Origin: Nitrospirota bacterium
GTDB lineage: Bacteria > Nitrospirota > UBA9217
Length of the DNA stretch: 34,152 bases
Direction of reading: 5' to 3'
NCBI GenBank assembly: GCA_029858565.1
Contig: JAOUEV010000038.1
Span: 1 to 34,152 of the forward strand
In this document: piece by piece, positions 8,414-15,112 of the stretch
How positions within the stretch are numbered: position 1 is the first letter of the stretch
How the letters are laid out: each line of letters begins with the position of its first letter
Program-made: the position numbers and the translations under genes
Notes under the pieces: model-generated
Database searches by the model: none
Told to the model about the DNA's origin: nothing
Seen by the model: only the letters and a program-made list of their open reading frames with translations

Positions 8414-9799
8414 TGTCAAGCCAAAGCAGAAATGTCCTATTCTAAAGGAACAGTTGACACTGCTGGTTTTTGTCTTAAGTCAGGGTTGAAGCTTTCTCTC
8501 CAGGGGTGTATGCGACCCGGTTTCCCCCGATCCCACGTCTTGTACAGCTTGGGCGATTGTTTATGTTCTTTCTGTGGGCGAACACTGATCTTCTGGCACC
8601 TCAAACGCTGGCCGTTATGCAGAATCCTCATTGAGCCGTCTGTCCGTTCTTCCACGGTTACCTTCTTGGCCCGGAGATTGTCTTTGATCTGATAAAGTTA
8701 TTTGTCGTGCGCTATGGTAAAGTCGTTCCGCAACGCCCTTGAGCTACGAATTGACAGGATTCGATCCTGCTCCCGATAGTCTTTGAACCGACGGTGCATA
8801 TCCGTGTTCTTGGCCGGAGACACCCGATACCGCCGGTTATAATCCGGCAAGTACGTTTGCAGAAAGACATTTTCCTCGTCTTTACTCCTGACACCTGCCA
8901 GCCGCATTTCTTTTATCACCCGGTCCTGAAACGTCCCGAACAGCCGCTCCACCCGCCCTTTGGCCTGGGGGGGAATATGCATGGATCACGGTCATGCCGA
9001 GCTCCTGAAGGCTCCTTTTGAACTGGCTCATCAACTGCCGGTCTTCAAGCTGCTCCTCGATCGCCTGGTGCTGAACAGTCGATTTATAGGTCGAATGACG
9101 GTCTAAATACACGCTCCGAGGAATGCCGTACTGCTTGATATATCCTTTGAAACAGTCCATGGCCGGAAGCGTTCCCTCATAATCATAGAACCAGGCGCAC
9201 ACCTCTCCCGTAGCATCGTCCACAAATGCCATCAGTGCACACTTTGGTCCCCGGCCCTCGAACCAGTCGTGATGAGAACCGTCCAACTGGACCATGGCAC
9301 CGCGGCATGCTTTCCGTTCCCGCCACTGCCTGTAGGGCCGTTTCTTGCGCTTCCGGTACGGCAACCCTGCCTCGAGAAACCAGGTCCGCAGCGTTTCGAC
9401 GCTTACCTTGATACGATTCTTTTCAAGAAGCTTTTCACTGGCAAGGGTAGGGCCGAACTCTTGATAGCGTTCGCGGCAAACTCGATTGTCTTGAGTTTTA
9501 CTGCCTCCGGGATCTGGTTGTCGGTTTCCTGCCGCGTGCGTAGTGGCAAACTCCCGCATCCCCCTCTGTCCTGACCTGCCGAATAATCCGTTGCAGCTGC
9601 CGCAGGCATAAACCTGCCATCTGTGCGGCTTCTGCCTGCGTAATTCTCTTCTCTATCGCCTTCCGTCACAAGATGCAGCAGCTTTGCTTCCTTCATGCTC
9701 ATCGTGATAACACCTCTCCCCATCGCGCCCTCCCTTAACAGGAGGACAATACGACATTTCTGCTTGGGGAAATGCGACATTATCACTTTGGGAAAAACA
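8414..9799 (-). mobile_element. Degenerate insertion sequence, IS1202 (ex-ISNCY)/IS481-like
   Basis: Ends TGTCAAGCCAAAGCAGAAATGTC (from 8414) and, read inward from 9799, TGTTTTTCCCAAAGTGATAATGTCG followed by a second CCAAGCAGAAATGTCG repeat. These are TGT...ACA termini with internal AATGTC repeats. No target duplication found. Confidence 0.8.
8437..9723 (-). pseudogene. DDE transposase pseudogene (several frameshifts and one in-frame stop)
   Basis: Fragments MGRGVITMSMKEAKLLH, FGPTLASEKL, VQLDGSHHDWFEGR, AFVDDATG, YLDRHSTY, PQAKGRVERLFGTFQDR and VEERTDGSMRI are spread over different frames. There is a frameshift at the G-run near 8970 and an in-frame TAA at 8698-8700. Confidence 0.88.
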
Positions 9800-9856
9800 G
9801 GAACTTGGCCGGAAAACCGTCAAGGTGATCAGCAGGCACGATCCGCGGCATTCTCC

Positions 9857-10321
9857 CTATTGCCGGACCATCCATTGGCCGTCGGGTATCCAGGGATCGC
9901 TGATCACCTGCACGATCTCAATGGAATGGGACGCATCCAGCATCTTCAGCCGCCGGAAGGAGAAGAACGAGACCGCGATCATCACGAGGAAGCCCGACAG
10001 GATCTCCAGGAAGGGAAGACCTGCATAAGAACCCAGCAAATGGCCTGCCGCGATACCGAGAAGCAGCGCAAGCGCGGGGACCACATAGGCCAGGACAAAG
10101 CCCTTGTATTGGACCCGCTTGACCAGCCCGATCTTCACGGTATCTCCAACGCGGGCGTTCTTCGGGTTCATCACCGTCAGCTCCTGCATCAGCCCGCCCT
10201 TGCAGAGTCCCATTGCCGCGGCTCCGCATTTATAGCACGACCCTTCGTGCTTCATGCGGACCACCGCGTATCCGCCTTCCAGTCTGATGACCGTGCCGGT
10301 GTCGGGGATCGAGGGCTTCAT
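9857..10321 (-). CDS. SoxR reducing system RseC/MucC family protein
   Basis: G.V.......A.V......SCYKC......LC, ARVGDTVKIG and LAYVVP followed by two TM helices. Start is ATG 10321 (TTG 10327 is an alternative). Confidence 0.85.
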   Translation of the reverse strand: MKPSIPDTGTVIRLEGGYAVVRMKHEGSCYKCGAAAMGLCKGGLMQELTVMNPKNARVGDTVKIGLVKRVQYKGFVLAYVVPALALLLGIAAGHLLGSYAGLPFLEILSGFLVMIAVSFFSFRRLKMLDASHSIEIVQVISDPWIPDGQWMVRQ

Positions 10322-10471
10322 ATCCAAGGATAGTACGCTGCAGCGGGAACGGCCATGATCTGCATCATACGGAACACCGGACGGTGCGGCCCTGGTACCC
10401 GTTCATCGGCCCTTATGCGCACATCCCTGCTCTTTGCGTCATGATCAGCTCGCATTTCCAAATTCATTACA

Positions 10472-10480
10472 TGGTATAAT
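10472..10480 (+). promoter_or_regulatory. Extended -10 promoter, probably leaderless, for the TSUP gene
   Basis: TG-G-TATAAT ends 5 nt before ATG 10486, with no Shine-Dalgarno in between. Confidence 0.55.
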
Positions 10481-10485
10481 CTCCC

Positions 10486-11241
10486 ATGCTTCCGGTCCTG
10501 AAATTCCCCCTGCTCTTTGCCGCCGGACTTTTCGCCGGGCTCATCGACTCCATTGCCGGAGGCGGCGGGCTCATAACCATTCCTGTGCTGCTCGGTATAG
10601 GCATGCCGCCCCAGACCGCGCTCGGCACCAACAAGCTTCAAGGCACTTTTGGCGCGGGCAGCGCCATGGTGCACTTTGCCCGCGCCGGCGCCGTGAACCT
10701 GAAGGAGTGCGGCGCAGGCATCCTCTGGACCGCGCTCGGCGCAGGCCTCGGCACCGCGGCCGTGCAGGGCCTTGACCCGGCGTTCCTGGGCCGGGCGATC
10801 CCGCTCCTGCTCATCGCCATCGCCCTGTTCATCCTGTTCTCGCCCAGGCTCGGAATGGAGGATGTCCGGGAACGGATGGATCAAAGAAAATTCTTTCTTC
10901 TCTTCGGGATCTCGATCGGTTTTTACGACGGCTTTTTCGGTCCTGCCACCGGCACGTTCTGGGCCATGGCCTTTGTGCTGTTCCTGGGATTCAATCTGGC
11001 CCGTGCTACCGCCTACACCAAGGTGATGAACTTCACGAGCAATCTTGTCTCGCTGGCATTCTTTTTTTCCAATGGCCTCGTATCGCTCCCCGAGGGGATA
11101 GTCATGGGGCTGGGACAGTTCGCGGGTGCCCGCTTCGGATCACGGCTCGTGATCAAAAAAGGAAGCCGCTTCATCAGGCCGGTGTTCATTACCGTGGTCA
11201 TTGCCATAAGTGTGAAGCTTCTGTGGCAGAACATAAGGTGA
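10486..11241 (+). CDS. TSUP (TauE/SafE, YfcA-like) family membrane transporter
   Basis: AGLIDSIAGGGGLITIP, ALGTNKLQ, GFYDGFFGP.TG.F and A.A.TK.MNFTSN motifs; about 8 hydrophobic segments. Confidence 0.93.
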   Translation: MLPVLKFPLLFAAGLFAGLIDSIAGGGGLITIPVLLGIGMPPQTALGTNKLQGTFGAGSAMVHFARAGAVNLKECGAGILWTALGAGLGTAAVQGLDPAFLGRAIPLLLIAIALFILFSPRLGMEDVRERMDQRKFFLLFGISIGFYDGFFGPATGTFWAMAFVLFLGFNLARATAYTKVMNFTSNLVSLAFFFSNGLVSLPEGIVMGLGQFAGARFGSRLVIKKGSRFIRPVFITVVIAISVKLLWQNIR

Positions 11242-11438
11242 GATGTGGCGGAGGAAGGTGCAATGACCTGCCGAGGGAGGATCATAAGAGCTTGAGGCTC
11301 GTAAACGAAGATCGAGACCGGATCAACACGCGAGCAAACAGGTCTTCCCGCGGGCAATCGCCTGATGATTCCGATCACAATTTCTGCTTCGCGCTGATCC
11401 TTTTTCGACGAACTTGTATTTACTGCCAGCGAGCTCGC

Positions 11439-11963
11439 TCAACTGTACGTGAGCATGACCTCTATGTTCTTTATCAGGGCCTCTGCTTTTTTCCAGATCA
11501 CTTCCATCGAATCCGTTGAAATGCTCCTCCACCGCGCACCCGTGGCTTTATATACGTGGCTCTCGGTCGCGAGATCGTATCGTTCCACGACGGCGTCCAG
11601 ATCCTGGGACACGTAGATACGGCCCTTGGGCACGAACTGGAAACTGGTCAGATGGCCCCGCGACCTGCAGAGGTGCAGGGCATCGCGGGACATGACCACA
11701 AGGCCTTCGTAGGCGAAGAGCAGATCACGCTCGGCTTTTGACACAGCCTTGCCCTGTAAGGCCGTGGCTCCCGCGGCCAGCCGGTCCACCACAGCAGCCG
11801 GGGCCGCGCACTGGCCGCCGGACCTGAGAGCGGCCATCAAGTCCTGACTGGCGCTCCTCAGTTCCGCGAACTTTGCCTTGTCAAGAGACGGCTCCGGATC
11901 GCAGCCCGCGGTTACCAGCAGCAATCCCGCTATCACTATGTTGAAGATACGCACAAGGGTCAT
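11439..11963 (-). CDS. Hypothetical lipoprotein, 174 aa
   Basis: Hydrophobic N-terminus with lipobox TAGC; fills the gap between the TSUP and TfoX genes. Confidence 0.65.
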   Translation of the reverse strand: MTLVRIFNIVIAGLLLVTAGCDPEPSLDKAKFAELRSASQDLMAALRSGGQCAAPAAVVDRLAAGATALQGKAVSKAERDLLFAYEGLVVMSRDALHLCRSRGHLTSFQFVPKGRIYVSQDLDAVVERYDLATESHVYKATGARWRSISTDSMEVIWKKAEALIKNIEVMLTYS

Positions 11964-11982
11964 AGAGATACTGGTCGGCCGG

Positions 11983-12381
11983 TCAATATCCTTTCGATCG
12001 GTGCGCGCTATACTCCTTCAATGTCTTCGTTCTCTTTGCCGTCTTCTTTGCGGTCTTCTCCGGCAGGGACAGCGCGAACTCTTTTCCGATCTTCAGCCAT
12101 CGCGCAAGCCCCGCGGGGCTCTTCCATCCGGTTTCCGGAACCATCACCCACCCTGCCATGGGTCTGCCGGTAACGTCAAAGGGCCGAACGTTCCGCTGTG
12201 TCAGGCTTCTCTCCGCCAGGGCCTTGTCCATGCGCACGATCAGGAAGTCCTTCCAGATGCCGAAGCACATGTTCCCCCGGATCAACCAGCACACACCGCC
12301 GAACATCTTCTTTTTGTGCGTATCCTTCCAATTCTTCGCCGCGCTGTCGATCTTCTGCTCAAGAATTGTATTAAAGGCCAT
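11983..12381 (-). CDS. TfoX N-terminal-domain family protein
   Basis: KKMFGGVCWLIRGNMCFGI, LIVR and GRPMAGWVMV motifs; Lys-rich tail; ATG 12381 with GGAG RBS. Confidence 0.88.
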   Translation of the reverse strand: MAFNTILEQKIDSAAKNWKDTHKKKMFGGVCWLIRGNMCFGIWKDFLIVRMDKALAERSLTQRNVRPFDVTGRPMAGWVMVPETGWKSPAGLARWLKIGKEFALSLPEKTAKKTAKRTKTLKEYSAHRSKGY

Positions 12382-12646
12382 GGGTACTCCGCGGTAAAGG
12401 TGGGAATCGGTCTGCGGAGGTCCTGCCATGCCGTTCAGAACCGATTGTCATCAGGCGCCTGGACCAGCGCCGGATCCGAAAGCAGCGGCTCCCTGCAACC
12501 GCTTCACTTAAGGGTCCGCCACACCGACCGATGCGCCCGGATAACACTGCAAGCGGTAAGCAACGAAATGAACTTGATAAGCACATTGACCGCAGAACCA
12601 CAGGAGGGCAGGACCCCTGGGTTCATGTCCCTGCCGGTTCTCGCGC

Positions 12647-13018
12647 CTACGCGCCCGGCAGCTTGCACTGCGGGTTCTCCGCTCCCTTGTTCCAGGGCAT
12701 CATCTTCAGGACCAGCGCGATGCCGCACCGGTCGAAAAAGACCACCATGGCCGTACCCAGGAGCAGCAGCCCGTAGAAATAGAAACGCCCTGCGTCCCAA
12801 AGACCGAGCAGGGTATAGGTGAAGTAGACGATCCGTACCTGAGAGGGAAAGGAAATCGCACTGCCGGACCGGATGGCAAAGATGATCACTTGCGCAGCGC
12901 TCACCAGCATGACAGCGGCATAGCCCGGCTTCCACCCGGCTACCGCGGCGATGATGAATCCGAACGTCACGGCCCAGAGCCACCACTCCATGCTTGTAAT
13001 GTCAATCTTCAGCTTCAT
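12647..13018 (-). CDS. Hypothetical membrane protein (~123 aa, about 4 TM)
   Basis: ATG 13018 after AAGGGGG. MKLKIDITSMEWWLWAVT...SFPSQVRIVY...FDRCGIALVLKMMPWN. Confidence 0.75.
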   Translation of the reverse strand: MKLKIDITSMEWWLWAVTFGFIIAAVAGWKPGYAAVMLVSAAQVIIFAIRSGSAISFPSQVRIVYFTYTLLGLWDAGRFYFYGLLLLGTAMVVFFDRCGIALVLKMMPWNKGAENPQCKLPGA

Positions 13019-13091
13019 TGTCGCCCCCTTTTTTTGCGCGTAATAGGCGCTCCCCGCCGGCACCTTGTTTTGCTTTAAGCACAAACGCACC

Positions 13092-13129
13092 GGCCGGTCA
13101 AAGATGAACGGCTTCATACTCGACCGGCC
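13092..13129. repeat. 38-bp interrupted palindrome, copy 1
   Basis: GGCCGGT-CAAAG-ATGAA-CGGC-TTCAT-ACTCG-ACCGGCC. Confidence 0.75.
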
Positions 13130-13207
13130 CTGCGCTTTAACTATGTGACCACCCTTCACGGGGTAAATGCGTCCCGAGCGGCCTATCCGACCGCTTTCTT
13201 TCGACGC

Positions 13208-13411
13208 TTACCCGCGAACGCGCTTGAGAGTGCCGTTATTGATCATGGCGTGGAATTGGGCGAGCAGGGCCTGCTCTTCCTTGTCCAGGTGGCCGTCGGC
13301 CTGGGCGTGGTCCATGATCTGCTGATATTCCTGCGGCGTGATCTCCAGGTCGCTGATGGCGGCATTAATGAGGTCTTTGAGGCTTCCTGCGGACTTGCTG
13401 GGCTTCTCCAT
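13208..13411 (-). CDS. Small helical hypothetical protein (67 aa) with two D-x-x-I/L-x-x-x-E motifs (TerB/EF-hand-like)
   Basis: ATG 13411 with GGAGG RBS; motifs SDLEITPQEY and ADGHLDKEEQ. Confidence 0.75.
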   Translation of the reverse strand: MEKPSKSAGSLKDLINAAISDLEITPQEYQQIMDHAQADGHLDKEEQALLAQFHAMINNGTLKRVRG

Positions 13412-13528
13412 GGTGTTCCTCCGTGTGTAGTAAATTCTGCTGTTCAGGCTGATCAGATGCGCGGAGCTAGGTCCCGTCATGATCCCTGCAAAACTGTACT
13501 ATATGCGCGAAAAAAAGTCCAGTGGTCC

Positions 13529-13954
13529 CTACTGTTTCCGCTTCTTGAAATCCCTCAGGGACACTACCTGTCTTGCGTGGCTCTGCTCCCCGTCCCTTGG
13601 AGACGCTTCCGCCGGCACCTCTGCGGGAGCTTCCTTGCCGCTGTCGCTCCTGACAAACTGCACCTTGGCTTCCGGCGAGAACACACCCAGCAGGTCGTCG
13701 TGGTGGAGATAGACATCCTCCTTGCGCGTGCCGAATGCCAGTACGCAGGTGACATTTCCCTCGGCGTCCCACTCCAGCTTGGTGTTGGTCTTGTTGTTGA
13801 AGACCAGCACCAGCCCCTGCTTCATCTCTTCTTCCGTGAAGCCGCGCTTGCCAATGATCGTCCTCTCGGAATGCTTTACCAGAAGGTAAACGCTTCCGAA
13901 GTCGTTCCAGATGTCATAGAACAGCTTCTGCAGATATTCGACCTGTTTTTTCAT
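13529..13954 (-). CDS. SspB-like ClpXP adaptor (divergent)
   Basis: Core LVLVFN...LEWD..GNVTCVLAFG....VYL....LLGVFSPE, then an acidic linker and the C-terminal VVSLRDFKKRK, which resembles the alphaproteobacterial SspB ClpX-binding tail. Confidence 0.6.
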   Translation of the reverse strand: MKKQVEYLQKLFYDIWNDFGSVYLLVKHSERTIIGKRGFTEEEMKQGLVLVFNNKTNTKLEWDAEGNVTCVLAFGTRKEDVYLHHDDLLGVFSPEAKVQFVRSDSGKEAPAEVPAEASPRDGEQSHARQVVSLRDFKKRKQ

Positions 13955-13983
13955 AGGATGATCTAGGTTCGGGGAAAAGCAAA

Positions 13984-14021
13984 GGCCGGTCAAAGATGAA
14001 TTGTTTCATTTTAAACCGGCC
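13984..14021. repeat. 38-bp interrupted palindrome, copy 2 (overlaps a putative -10)
   Basis: GGCCGGT-CAAAG-ATGAA-TTGT-TTCAT-TTTAA-ACCGGCC. A minus-strand TAGACA (14037-14032), 18 nt, TAAAAT (14013-14008) overlaps it. Confidence 0.75.
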
Positions 14022-14084
14022 CATGAGTGATTGTCTAGACGTCTTTTAGCGCCTGTGACCCCCGCTTCGGCGATAGTTGTTTAC

Positions 14085-14177
14085 TTACCACCAGAGAAAC
14101 TGCTTGCCGATCGCGAATATCGTAAGCACAAACACAACAGCTATCGTACTGAAGAATATTATTGATCCTTTATTCAT
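14085..14177 (-). CDS. Small single-pass membrane protein, 30 aa
   Basis: MNKGSIIFFSTIAVVFVLTIFAIGKQFLWW* with a perfect AAGGAGG 7 nt upstream; too short for the ORF track. Confidence 0.65.
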   Translation of the reverse strand: MNKGSIIFFSTIAVVFVLTIFAIGKQFLWW

Positions 14178-14405
14178 GGTTTATCCTCCTTTCATAATCA
14201 TGGCACCGCAGGTGGGTTCTTCTAACATCTGCCGTAACCGCATGTTCGTTTCCGATTGAATATCATCCACGGCAAAGGATAGAGACGACCGCTCAGTACG
14301 CATCGGCCCACTATATGGGCAGTGCAGGCGCGTGATGACGCCAGAGCACAGAATACGTTCTCAAAAGCGTCTCCTCCGCCGTGCGCGGTCAACCTGCTAC
14401 ATGCA

Positions 14406-14846
14406 CTACGAGTGGGCGAAGATCGATACGATGTGCTGCGAATGGGAGGGCGGCGAAATGCCCGATCGGGCAAAGTGGATATCGGCGGAACGGGAATGCT
14501 GCAACAACGGATTGTACCATTCAGGATTACTGTGTGTTGATAAAGACAGGCCAGGTGAACTGGCAAGGACCGGGGTGTTGTTATAGGAGTCGCCGTGGTC
14601 CGTCTTTTCCGGGGCGGAGAGAAGCTGTTTGGCGGTGTGCTGCGTTTTCTTTAGGCTCTGCCATATCAGGATGTCGTAGAGGTACAGCGTAGTATGCTGA
14701 TAGTCCTTCACCAGTTCGCCGCTGTTCCGAATCCCGGGAACAGTGGCAACTGCCTGGCGAATCGCGGAAAGCGGCGGGATTATTAAAACGGTCAGATAAA
14801 GCAGCAGGCTCCAACAGATGATATTATGTGTCAGTGAACGACGCAT
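14406..14846 (-). CDS. Hypothetical protein, 146 aa, with N-terminal hydrophobic segment and RSGISPP near the C-terminus
   Basis: The only long ORF in the gap with a signal/TM-like start; no recognisable domain. Confidence 0.5.
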   Translation of the reverse strand: MRRSLTHNIICWSLLLYLTVLIIPPLSAIRQAVATVPGIRNSGELVKDYQHTTLYLYDILIWQSLKKTQHTAKQLLSAPEKTDHGDSYNNTPVLASSPGLSLSTHSNPEWYNPLLQHSRSADIHFARSGISPPSHSQHIVSIFAHS

Positions 14847-14979
14847 GGGGTAACTATACTAGACTCAGGGGTTATAGTACATAGAAATCGGTTGTTCTTC
14901 TCTGGAAATATATAGGGATTATTGCCAATTCGGCACGAAACCGGCACGAGACTTTCCATCCATGTTCCTGTAGTTCAAC

Positions 14980-15021
14980 AGACGAACCGTTGGAGAGTGT
15001 AAATGCTCCAACGGTTCGTCT
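14980..15021. terminator. Perfect 16-bp hairpin downstream of the giant gene (terminator or mRNA 3' stabiliser)
   Basis: AGACGAACCGTTGGAG / CTCCAACGGTTCGTCT with a 10-nt loop, about 90 nt past the stop; no clear U-tract. Confidence 0.55.
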
Positions 15022-15112
15022 CCCTCGCGAAGAGACTCAAGAAACACACAACGCTTCTCACGCCATAGCCGCGAGCTATTGGAAAAGATAGAGCATTCTC
15101 TCTTCTCGAGCG

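Noticed and set aside
8385-9830. Target-site duplication or xrs/dif target for the IS; hybrid promoter from the IS-end TTGACA
   Set aside because: The flanks do not match as direct repeats, there is no XerD-box-like TTATGTTAAAT, and no -10 at correct spacing.
11439-14177. Integron cassette array (run of short co-oriented genes)
   Set aside because: No RYYYAAC...GTTRRRY attC structures between the genes, and no integrase.
14355-14385. c-di-AMP (ydaO) riboswitch, suggested by CGGAGGAGACGCUUUUG
   Set aside because: The GCUGAAUC 5' block and the GGGG..AAU block are absent; kept only as an unknown structured RNA.
14853-14878. ACTATA-N14-TATAGT operator upstream of the 146-aa ORF
   Set aside because: 6-bp arms in AT-rich DNA and a single occurrence; not distinguishable from chance.
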